From positions 1 to 64,000 of the forward strand of contig JAAILG010000310.1 in assembly GCA_012026655.1 (NCBI GenBank): DNA of 64,000 nucleotides. Direction: 5' to 3'. The DNA is from Hydrolagus affinis. Its lineage: Eukaryota. A program made the translations under genes and the position numbers. Numbering within the stretch: position 1 is the stretch's first letter; each line of letters begins with the position of its first letter. Of the stretch, positions 37,901 through 48,828 are shown in pieces. The notes under the pieces were generated by a model that was not told the DNA's origin, did no database searches, and was given only the letters and a program-made list of their open reading frames with translations.

Positions 37901-39175
37901 TAAAATGGGAAAAAGTCTGTTTGTTTCATGGCAACATCTATAATCTAACCATCTCAAGGCAGTGGTGTATGAAGCATTGCTTGGATGTGTTTGCTAATCA
38001 CCCTAACCTTAAAATTCCTTCACAGCCTCTCCTCACCTTACCTCTGTAACCCACTACCTCATTGACCCTGCCTGATCCACTCCACCCTCAGTGGGTGAGC
38101 TATCTGTTTCTCACTCTCTTTCATTTTGCTCTGATCCATTTTCCTACCGCCCATTTCAAAAGCATAAGCACTCACGCATTTGGAGGACAAAACACAGACC
38201 TGTGGTTTGATAAACTTACCTTGTACTGTCCTGGGAAATTCTATGTGCACCCAGTATAAAATAAGACCATCTCAATTATAGATATTGCATGTTGGAAGGG
38301 CCAACGTAAGTAAGGGGAGACTTCCTAACCTTAGATCAATTGTCTCTCGGTGGCTTTGGAATTTGTGATAAAGAGGATTGTTTCAGGATGAAACAAAATG
38401 CAACACACTGAAGCAATCTTAAATGACAAATCACCCCATGTATTACATAATGGATCGCACAGTAACATTATATCAAAATGCATCACTATTTTCTCAACCT
38501 TACTGAAGCTCCGTAAAGCATCACAATCGTGCAACGTGCACACACAAAGGATTTTGTTAATAGTCACGGTTGGTGAGGTGGAATTATGTAAAAGAACAAT
38601 TAAAAAGAATATTTCTGCTTTGCATTATGGACTGTAGTATTTAAATGAATATTAAAATTTGTTCGCATTTGTTCGCATAAAACTTAACACTTGTAGCTCA
38701 AAAATCAATTGAGAATGACAACATACGTTTTTTGGGGTCATACTGTATTGTGATATGAAGCATCGTGTAAGATATGGGAATGTTTCATATGGATTCTTTA
38801 TTCAAGAGTGGACCATGTTTGCTTGTTGGAGTATTTTTCATGATCTAGGGTGTTCTTGTTTTGCGGAAGAAAGTGTTAATTACTCGAGTAAGTAGCTATA
38901 TTTTAATGTGTCCCTGAGCTGTTATATAAAAAAAAGTTGCTAAATCCTTGCAATTCCACTTAAAAGTGTTTGCAAAAAAATTCTAGTTGTGTCATGTTCA
39001 GAGATAAGATTATATCCAGCTCTATATAGTACAACCTCAAACAATATCTCAAAGCAAGAGTTGTTATCTCAGCTGAAATGGAAATAAGTTTGAGGTTCTC
39101 TTAAAGAAAATGGCATTAAAAAAAAACACAGTAACATATGTAGGAGGAATATCTTTGTGCATTCAATACTGTTCA

Positions 39176-39238
39176 ACCTTGGGACGTCCTCCCGACGTGA
39201 AAGGCACTCTATTAGTGTAATTTTGTGATTATTGTTGT
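39176..39238 (+). mobile_element. L2 3' tail only
   Basis: CCTTGGGACGTCCTCCCGACGTGAAAGGCACTCTAT. Confidence 0.85.
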
Positions 39239-39834
39239 AGTTTCTGGGTGAAATATTTTTGAATTCGACACTGCACCTTCAGCAGGTTAGGCAATTTTTC
39301 TTCATAATGACTTATTACTTTTTAGATATTTAAATACCAGGAGGTTCACCTTGGATTGCAGAAGACTTCGAGGACAATATTAATTAAAGAGGGCCCTCCT
39401 GACATTTTGTACAGTCTGAAAAGTAAAGTGTATTCCTGTATCAGCTGTTTTAGGCGAGCACATGCTAGACTTGCACACTGTGTTTAAATTCAAAAGGAAT
39501 TTCAATTCTGAAGAAACATATTGTGTTTGTAGCTTTTGTGACACAGGCTTTGTCAAACTGCAACTTTGGAAGTAATTTTCGGGCACTCTGTAGAAATTGC
39601 CAATTTTGAAACATGCTTCAAAAAACCAGAGTGTGGAATGAAAACAAAACAGAAAACAAAACGTCGCCAAGTTGTTTAAAAGGAGGAATCTTTGTCTACA
39701 TAGATATACTTTTTATGACTCCAATAACTGTACATAATAGGCACTCGTTCCCCAAAATGCTATTTAGCCAGATTTATTTTGATTTGAGTAAGGTCAGAGT
39801 GATCTACGATCACTTGGAAACCCATTACACATGA

Positions 39835-40282
39835 GATACTAGCAATGTGATTGTATTGGAGGGACTGTGGTGTAGATTTACTAGTATGTTACCAGGGATG
39901 AGTGGATCCAACTGTCAGGAAGGATTGGATCAAGGTCAGAGGTTTTCTCTCTGGAGATGAGACAATAGAGAGGGGACTTGATAGAAGTGTTTAAAATTAT
40001 GAAATGAATCAATAGAGCTGGTTAATAGGCTGTTTCCACTTGATGAGGCCAAAATGAGCGGCATTAAATGTAAGATAAAAAGGAGTTCAGAAGAAACCTA
40101 TTCACACTGTAGAACTCACTGTCTAAAGCTGTGGGTAAAGCGAACAGCATTGACACATTTGGGAGGAACCTCAATACATCCATGAAGGAGAAGGGAATAG
40201 AGGGGTATTGGAGAGGTGATTAGAGGCATAGAATAGTTGGAGCAAATGGCCTCCTCTGTGCTGTCACGTTCTCTGTAATTCT
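39835..40282 (+). mobile_element. CR1 3' fragment
   Basis: AGATTTACTAGTATGTTACCAGGGATG..AGAGGGGACTTGATAGAAGTGTTTAAAATTATG (RGDLIEVFKIM)..AAATGGCCTCCTCTGTGCTGT tail. Confidence 0.85.
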
Positions 40283-41309
40283 GCGTAACCTATAATTTCA
40301 AATTACACTCACTTTCAGGCTTCAATTAAAACAAAACCATGCATTTGATGTACGAAAGCAAAGACCTGCCACAAGAATCGGTTATGTCAAAATGCTGATT
40401 GTCCTAAGAACATTAGTGAGTAAGCAAGCGTACAAGTGTTACACAGTTGTTTTGACATTGTTTATATTTTCCAGCGTATGAAAATATTATCGAAATACAA
40501 ACCTTAAGATAATTTCTGCAACGCCACAAAATAGTACCTAGGAGAAAAACTAACCACAAAAAAATGAAGAGCGAGTAGGCTGACTGTTGACATGAGGACA
40601 TGCAGGGGGTCAGAATGATATTTATTGATGAAACTCTCAGCTTCCAATCTGCTGCACTCAGTACACATCATGCAGCTGTCATGACAGACATTGTTGGGGG
40701 GAAAAAATGATGCTTTGGGACATTTTTCAGCTCTCATTTACAAAGAGTACTGAAGCAGCAAAAATTAGTGGGAGACCGCACAATGTATCTTATTTTTGAC
40801 ATGATGTTTTAGACCTTTGATCTGGAAAAGAACAACACATGTGTCATCTTCGAGCTGCTGAAATTCTCAACGAGCTGTTCAACAGAGCTGCTTTAAGCAC
40901 TATTTATAGCTGATTCCAGCACTGTCTTTGTATGTAAAAGTAGCCTCTTAGCAGGTGAAGGAGTACTTTTATCTTGCACTGCTGACATAATCAGATTATT
41001 CTGGCTGATTTACACCCTTCGACTCATTTTCTCCCTTTCTTTCAGCCCCATCTTTCTCTCTCTTTTTCTCTCTTGTGCCCTCGTTCATCCGGGAAGGCAG
41101 AAAGCAGATCACACTCATCCCACTATTGCTTTGTATTCAGCTAACATGAGTCACATCAGCCGTGGGATGGCACAGGCGATGCAAAGTTTAAGGCGTCTGT
41201 TTTCAGGATTTGCGCGAAGGAACAGGTATGGACATGTCTGACGTTGATAGATTTGTTGCTAAATTTATGCAGCAAAGTGTGCAAAGTTAGTGGATAATTT
41301 CATTAAAAA

Positions 41310-41505
41310 AAGGTACTAATTTGGTCATTTACTGCACAGCTATGGTAGGACACTGTCTTGCGTGATTGGCTGCCACGTTTTCCCTACAAAAGTTAATTCA
41401 CTCTCCTGTATATTCTGTGGAGAGCTTTCGGACAACCCAACAATGTGACGAGGCGCTATATCAAATGCAAGGATGAATAATATTATTATTATTTTTTATT
41501 ATTAT
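41310..41505 (+). mobile_element. Degenerate tRNA-SINE 3' half
   Basis: ATTGGCTGCCACGTTT..GGCGCTATATCAAATGCAAGGA. Confidence 0.8.
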
Positions 41506-41654
41506 TTCAGTTGATATGTATGGGTTGTTGCTGGCTGGATCAAACGGTGGCTTTGACTATATAACAATCCACTGAATTTCTCATTGATTATACATTGTAA
41601 CGTGTGTTCAGTCAGCCATTTACAGCACATTCCTGTTAGAACATGGTGCCTCTT

Positions 41655-41815
41655 AAATGAACCTTTGAAGACATTAGCGCCGAAACCAATTCATGGTCAC
41701 TGACATCTCTTGCAGCATGAAGTGCATTCATTGGATGCATAGCAACTCCTTGATGTCCCTTCATTGTAAGTTGCTGTTCAGCAGCATTTCCTGCGACCTG
41801 GAAGGCAGTCAATTC
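41655..41815 (+). mobile_element. Old non-LTR retroelement RT relic
   Basis: Interrupted translation LKTLAPKPIHG...IATP...AFPATWKAV resembles L..L...KA.GPD...IA.PL...FP..WK.A of LINE RTs. Confidence 0.4.
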
Positions 41816-42244
41816 AAGTGTTGAAGACCAGTCAACACTAGGTGTCGGAATTGTAATGGCCATTTATAAGTTCTCTTCACTCGACTTTTTATTTAGTTGG
41901 AGCTCAATTTTGAAAACAATTAAGCAAATCCAATGGTTTATTTTAAAACCAGAGTTTTCTTAAGTTTTGCCCATGACCGTTTCTAATTCAATCGATTTTC
42001 TCCTCTCTTGTATTCTTTTTGGTCTGTATTTTTTGGGGTCTGTTGAAGTGGGTGAACAAGCAAGCCTTAGGCCCCAAGCAGTGCCGGCCTAACCTTGAAA
42101 GTAAATTATACTTGGAAAAGATACCCAATCCCCTTGATTGTCTCTTGATTCACCAAGGCACACAAACTGCAGTTGAAAGGACATGACATGCCCAGGTACA
42201 CTGTTTTGTTGATGGTGGTGAAATTATCAACATCTTTGCAACAA

Positions 42245-42385
42245 GGTACAGGTATTTGAACAGGAAAAAAATTGCAGGGCTATGTGGTAAGAGTGGAGCG
42301 AATGGGGCTAGTTGGATAGCTCTTTGATTGTACAGACACAGGAACAATGGTCTGAATGGCTTCCTCTTATGATTCTTATGATTCT
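42245..42385 (+). mobile_element. CR1 3' end
   Basis: TTGCAGGGCTATG..GGATAGCTCTTT..ATGGTCTGAATGGCTTCCT followed by TTATGATTC repeats. Confidence 0.75.
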
Positions 42386-42726
42386 AGCCAGGGCACCATC
42401 TGATTGCTGTGCTGGAAGGCTGGCAGATTAATTCATTTTGGGAGGAATGCAGAGAAGCAGTTAAGCATTCGGAGAATGCTTTCTACCATTGGCGGGTTCC
42501 CTGGGGTGTGATCTATTGCACACGTCTGCAAATTGTCATCTGATAGTTGATAATTGTATCATTGTAAAACTCTGGTTTAGCTGTATCTGTTTTCTATTTA
42601 TTTAATGTGTACCTGGCAGATAAGAATAGATCAGTTAGGTAAACAATATAGGCAGCAAAGCAGACAGAATAGAAATCTAGGTTAACGTTGATCAGAGGTC
42701 AATTTGTTTGTGCCAGTGAAGGATTT

Positions 42727-42794
42727 ATAGCGCCTTGGGACGTCCTCCCAACGTGAAAGGTGCTCTATAAATGTAATTTTGATGTGGTTGTTGT
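42727..42794 (+). mobile_element. L2 3' tail only
   Basis: AGCGCCTTGGGACGTCCTCCCAACGTGAAAGGTGCTCTATAAATGTAATTTT. Confidence 0.85.
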
Positions 42795-42874
42795 TATAAG
42801 ACCACCGATGTGTGCTTGTGGATCCTCAAGCCTCCAAGAAGCTGATCACATCACCAAAGCTATCTGTCCACAAC

Positions 42875-42953
42875 TGTTTGCCTTGAGACGTCTCGAAAAC
42901 GTAATAAGGCAGTATATCAAATGCCAGGATTATTATTAGTAATGTTATTATTA
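42875..42953 (+). mobile_element. tRNA-SINE 3' tail
   Basis: TTGAGACGTCTCGAAAACGTAATAAGGCAGTATATCAAATGCCAGG(ATT)n. Confidence 0.8.
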
Positions 42954-43311
42954 TCTGAAGGAGATATCTTTGACAAGTATCCTCCCCAGTTCTGTACTGT
43001 GCTGGAGTTTCAAAAGTCCCAATTTGGATGCTTAAATCTACAACCTGCTAGCAAGGGTACTTTCAAATAAACCAGTCTAAATATGCAGCAAGTAAATATC
43101 CTTGCACAAAACAGTTAATAGCTGTTTGCTGCTTGTATCATTTGTCTTCACCTCCTTTCCCTTTTCTCTGTCCCTTCCCCCCACATCACACACTATTGTA
43201 ACATTTAATCTGTCTATGAGCAAAATGAAAACCCTTTAAACTACTCCCTTAGTTCTGTGGTGTTGATGTATGCGGTACCTGCAGTGAAAGACATGATGTT
43301 TGTATTGTTCT

Positions 43312-43616
43312 TAATATAATAATCCTTGCATTTGATGTAGCGCTTTTCACGCCTTCTAGACATCTCAAAGCATTTCACAGAATATACTGTAAAGTGAATT
43401 GACTATATTTGCGGGCGAAACATGGCAGCCAATTGCGCAGCCAATTGCACACAGCAGTGTCCCGCAAACAAGATGGATTGATGGATTTTTTTTCTTGAGG
43501 GATTACTATTAGGTGTGTGGAGTAAGGAAACTTGCCCAAGATTTCGCCCTGATGGGAATCAAACCCAGGTCTCTCGCTTGCGAGACGCACGCTCTAACCA
43601 CTGAGCTACAGGAGTC
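43312..43616 (-). mobile_element. Full-length tRNA-SINE
   Basis: Reverse head GGGAATCAAACCCAGGTCTC..CTCTAACCACTGAGCTACAGGAG with complete body and tail. Confidence 0.9.
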
Positions 43617-44439
43617 TTGCACTGCTAAGGCAGCTAAAATAAACAGCAGACCAAAGTGAAAGGGCATAAAGAAAAGACTTCACTTCAGGGACTATTCCAG
43701 AATCATTTATTCAGTGGTGTGGTGATAAAGCAATAGGGCACTCATCTAACATCACAGTGACAGGAGGCTTGAGTCCTGACAGAGGCTGACGCTTTAACAA
43801 TGTGTGTGATGAGTTCCATCAGTTCTTATCTGGCTGCTGGTGGGATTGTGACCCGCCTCTTGGGGAGAGAAACTGACAGGAGTCTGGTTCACCTATATCC
43901 ATCTTTGGCCAGAAACAAACCTCTGAATGGACAATTCACTGTGGAACCTTGGAGCTGGGGCAGAAGCTGCGGTTCCGCTTCCTCGCCTTGCAACTGGAGG
44001 TTCACGGGGAGAGAGGTGAAACCCTGGAAAAGAACTAGGAGCCAATGGATAACAGCTACACCGTTATCGCTCGCCATATTCCGCAAATTCAGAAACATTC
44101 TGGCCTGCTGTCTGGAGACAGCTTGCATTCCTGTCATATGATGCGATACATGTTCCCAGTCAGCAGTGATATATATCCTGGGCTGTACGTCACCACTGTG
44201 TCAGCCCAGTAGCTACCGTCCCTGGAGAGCAATCATACACTGCAAGAAAACTATACCCATACTTTGTATACCAAAAGATATTAAATGGGTGGCAGGCAGT
44301 TACATAAACACTAGACAAACACTGAGTTTAAAGATATGAATTAATTGTCGGTGTATTCTCACAAAGCAGCAAGGCATTGTAGTCATGATTTATGATATTA
44401 TCTGAAAGGTCTGATTGAATTGCATTCTTCTAACTTACA

Positions 44440-44518
44440 TACAACCACAAAATTAAACTTGTAGAGCGCCTTTCTCATCAGGGGGATGTCCCAAGGCACT
44501 GGACAGTCATTGTTTCAA
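44440..44518 (-). mobile_element. L2 3' tail
   Basis: AGAGCGCCTTTCTCATCAGGGGGATGTCCCAAGGCACTGGACAGTCATTGTTTCA, colinear with the copy at 19320-19398. Confidence 0.8.
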
Positions 44519-45787
44519 AGGTTTTTAGGTAAGTAAAACCGTAGTCTGAAAATCTTTCTCTTTGAGCATGTTTACAGCCATCTCTCTCCCCCACCCCCTT
44601 CTTCTTCCCCCCCGCCATGGCTCTGAGTTACTATTAAGCTACTGAGATGCTACCTTGCCTAGAGGGCGCTGTATATGTGCAATCTGTTGTTGCTGTCGGG
44701 TACTGAATATTCTATATTTAATGTTGGAATTGGTGAAAATAAATCTTTCAATGATTGCTTGACAGGAATTCACAGAAGGATTTTTAAAGATGGATATTGT
44801 GTGCGTGTGTGATTCAGAAGTGCCTTTATTTTGTTCAGAGCAGGATGGTGAATTGAGGCTATTGCAATATTACTGGCTAGACTCTCAATCAGCCAAACAT
44901 GCAACAATAGGCGGGCTCTTGACATTTACCATACTTGTAAAAGACAAATGAGAAAGGCCAAAAGCTACAGGAATACAACAAGCGATGGAAGAAATTAGAA
45001 GGGAAATAAATACAGCAGACTCTACTGCACAGACGAAAAGCAAAGGCATAGGAACAAGTAGCTGCTCCAAATATTCCTAGATTCTGGGAGAGAATGGTTT
45101 GAAGCACCAATGGAAAGGTCACAAGCTAAGATATTCATGAAGCTATTAAACATCATCATAAAGACATTCAGATGAGAGAGTCTCTGTGAAAGGGGTTTGG
45201 ATTTTAAATTAAGGTTAGTTATGGCCAGCTTAGATGTTTCAACATAGAAACATTTATCACTTTCGACTTTTGTCGTAAAGTAAAATGAGACAAATTATGG
45301 CAAAACGAATGTGAAGTAACTTAGTATTCTATCCCAGCAAGTGTTGAAACAAATTAAATAGAAAAGACTGAGACAATGTTGTAATATGTACAATGCAATA
45401 AATAGTCCAGTTACTGACCTGAGAAGCTGTTGAAACACAATAACCAGCCACATTTGCTGACATCGGAAGGTGTCAAGTGACTCATATCTTCCCTTATCCC
45501 ATTTCTGCCTCTATCATTCCCATGAAATATTGCTCACATCACATTTTAATGACTGGAGGAATTTGTCTTCTGAAAATTTACTTGAAGAAAATGCTGAAAG
45601 TCTAAAGTTGCAAAGCCCACAAACTCAACAGTAGTCTAATTAGCACTTAACATTTCATCCTACTACACAGGCTCCAATCCACCAAGGAATAGAGTGCACC
45701 ATTAAACTCATCTTTTCTATCTCTTTGCTTAATTAACCTTACCTAATTCTTTACCAGATTAATGTTTAACGTATGGCATAAACAGAA

Positions 45788-45932
45788 TACATTATAAACA
45801 CCCACGGGATGGATAAATTTATATCCCACTTACGCGCTGTCCGTAACTCACCAGCAACTTCATCGCTCATCAGTTATCAGGTCAACTCACTTGTGGGATA
45901 TAAATTATACACCCGCGGGTCTTCATAACATA
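45788..45932. mobile_element. Palindromic non-autonomous DNA element (MITE/Eulor-like)
   Basis: Left arm TACATTATAAACACCCACGGGATGGATAAATTTATATCCCAC (45788-45829) is an imperfect inverted copy of the right arm GTGGGATATAAATTATACACCCGCGGGTCTTCATAACATA (45893-45932). Confidence 0.7.
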
Positions 45933-45954
45933 TCCCCCACTACTTCAATGGCTG

Positions 45955-46147
45955 GTATAATTGCTCTGAACTCACTGTCTGTCATTTTGCTACCACAGAC
46001 TCGAAAGTAACAAACAGCAGTAAGTGAGTTCAAGGCAGTTACACGAATCCCGGAGTTCAGTTAATGTAAACTACTTGAGCGGTGCTCTCTTGGTTTATGA
46101 TGTCAACTGAGTCTCTCGATTGTGTAACTGCCTTGTGACACACTTAC
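45955..46147. repeat. Three-armed inverted repeat
   Basis: Central arm GTAAGTGAGTTCAAGGCAGTTACACGAATC is complementary to both 45955-45976 and 46118-46147. Confidence 0.7.
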
Positions 46148-48129
46148 AACCATCTACGGCTAGACATATTATCACTCAAAGAGGAGCTTTGTTCCTGCTG
46201 TAAACTGTGCATTGTCTCAATCGACCGACTGCATCTTTTACAGCCACATTCTGCTGGCGAGACCAGACAAGGCAAGCCAGGCTACACGAGGCCTGCACGA
46301 ACACTGAATCCACAATTACATAATAGACCATTTTCTATTGCTGAATACCATGCTAAAGTTCTCTTTCCTTATTTTGTATAATGTCGAACTAAGCAAGAGA
46401 ACAAGACAGCACTAACCTTTTTTTTTGAAAAGTTTTAAGTTTTTTGTAAGTCAGAAATTTATATATTTTGACCTCTTATTTTCATTGATCAAACAGTTTG
46501 CTAAATGTCATGTATGCAGGTGAGACATCACGAATTGTACGAGTCTTACGGAAATACAGATGCACATTCACATAGACACGAGCCCTCCAACGTTGCATCT
46601 CTATAAACTTCACTAAATATGACAAGAATACAGAAGAAGATGGCAGGATTATGAGGACTGCTTTATTAACTAGAAGCAGATGAACAAATCGTTCACATGT
46701 GAAAGTGTTACAACATTGGGGTACCATATCCTACAAGAAGAGAAAGCTGCATCCTTTGAAGCAAATATTGAGCTGGACTCTTTACAGTTTCTCTTGTACA
46801 AATTTAAAGATTAAGGAGGCTTATGTGTAAGTATGCATTTGGGAATAGTCTTCTTTGTGTACATCGTATGTGTTCTGTACAAGGCACTTAGAAGATGGGA
46901 TGAACATTTAAAATGTGTTGATATGTTTATAAGGTTGATTTGTAGAATGCTTTAGCATTCCCATTACTGGTATATTTCACTGTCATTTTGATCTTTGGTC
47001 CACATGGGATTGGGAAACATCAGAAGCATTAACACTGCATATGGACATATGACGGATGAATGAACCTTGGCTACAGCTGGCACATAGTGATTGAAACGAG
47101 GAACATGTACAATTATTCTTATCTTTTTAAAAAAAACTAGACAACATTTTTTGAATAGCAGGTATAATCTTAAGAGCAGTGATAAAACTGTAAATGCAAA
47201 ATAACGTAACATGGTATACACTGAGCAAAAGAGCAAAATATCTCTAAAAACATCAAGCGTTCATGAATTCAAGGATATTTTATTGTAAGATAATGGAAAT
47301 AAGAGGCTCGGAATACAGGTGATATTGAGTAAAAACAGGCACCAAAAGACATTTGAAGCGGAGTTAAAGCATTAAATAAAATTACCTTCTATAGCTGAAG
47401 TCTAGCCCCATGACCATACTTCTGTTCTTCCTTTATTAGAAGTTCAAAAGCCACACTCCGTGAAGTGTGACCTGATGCTTTTTACCTCTCAATCTCATTA
47501 GGAAGTCAATATTCTGTACATTTGACAGAAAGACGTGTTTTCATTTGGAAAGACTGTGTTGAAGTACATCTCGGCAAAAATCAATTTACTGATTAAGAAA
47601 ATCTAAAACTCGACGTGCCCAGAGAAACAAACCCTTCTGTGGAATGCAATAAGTGTCTCTTTATTCTGATAATGTATTTTCCTATATGGTGAGATTATCT
47701 TGTCACTATATTTTAACCAACAAGTCTAATAATGACTGATGCGTAAATTGAAGAGTGCTCCAGTGGTTAGTCAGCTTAATGCAAACAGATTGAAAAATTA
47801 CATCAAAACACAGAAACATCAGGTACCGAACTACCAAAAGGCCCCAATTAAAACTGCAGCATGTGTGAGTGTTAATGGGGAGGGAGGGGACTACCAGTGT
47901 AAGTCAGCAACAATTTTGGTGAAACACAATTAAGAGAAATTCAATATCATTTACGAGTTCAACGATACAAAACTTTGAAATTTCTCCTGGATTTAAAATT
48001 TGCATTTTACCCAAATCACATAATCTCTGGAAGCAAGTCCCACCTCCAGATAATTTTACCTGACATTTACTATCACACTTGCCAGTTTCTGTGTCTGAGA
48101 AGGCGCTGGAATTTAGGGGAAAGGTTGAC

Positions 48130-48193
48130 GACGACAACAACAACAACACTTGTATCGCGCCTTACATGTCGGGAGGATGTCCCAAGGTGCTGG
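48130..48193 (-). mobile_element. L2 3' tail only
   Basis: (AAC)n ACTTGTATCGCGCCTTACATGTCGGGAGGATGTCCCAAGGTGCTG. Confidence 0.8.
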
Positions 48194-48699
48194 GACTAAT
48201 GCTAAAGATTCAGGGTGACATAGTCCATTTCATAGACTGAAGGTCAAAAGGGTATAAATAGGCATTTGCTGGAGTATTTCTGCAGCATTTTAGCTTCATA
48301 TATTCTTTAACTGAATTCTGTTTCTGAACCTCTGATTGTGTGTGTTTGTGTCTGAGTGAGAGACAGACTTTGAGTGGCGAGTGAGACTGCATTTGTGTGC
48401 GAGAGTGTTTGAGAGGTAAAAGAGACGAGGGTGAAAGAGAGAGAGGGAGAGAGCGAGATACTGAATATATGTGTGGGTGGGAGCAGATTAATATTTGCAG
48501 CAACACTGATAGAAGCAAAATTAGTCAACACCAAAGAATATTGTGTATGGATCAGAGTTTCTTCAGATAGTTAAAGTAACACAAAAGCTACAAACATAAA
48601 AATATTTGTACCTCACACCCTCTCAGCTGGAACAGAACCCAATTAGAACACTTTATTATACCAAATATGATCTTTCACAGGAAATTGTTAGTGTGAAAA

Positions 48700-48828
48700 A
48701 GATGAGTGACATGTGCTGGACTGACACTATTCAGTGTGCTGAGCAATGAAAACATGAATAATTGGGGACCATTTTGTGCTTGGGTCAGGATTATACATTA
48801 AAACAATATGCCTGCATCAGGAATTCTA
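48700..48828 (+). repeat. Unnamed ~127-bp interspersed repeat, copy 2
   Basis: Inverted match to 8808-8934. Confidence 0.9.
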
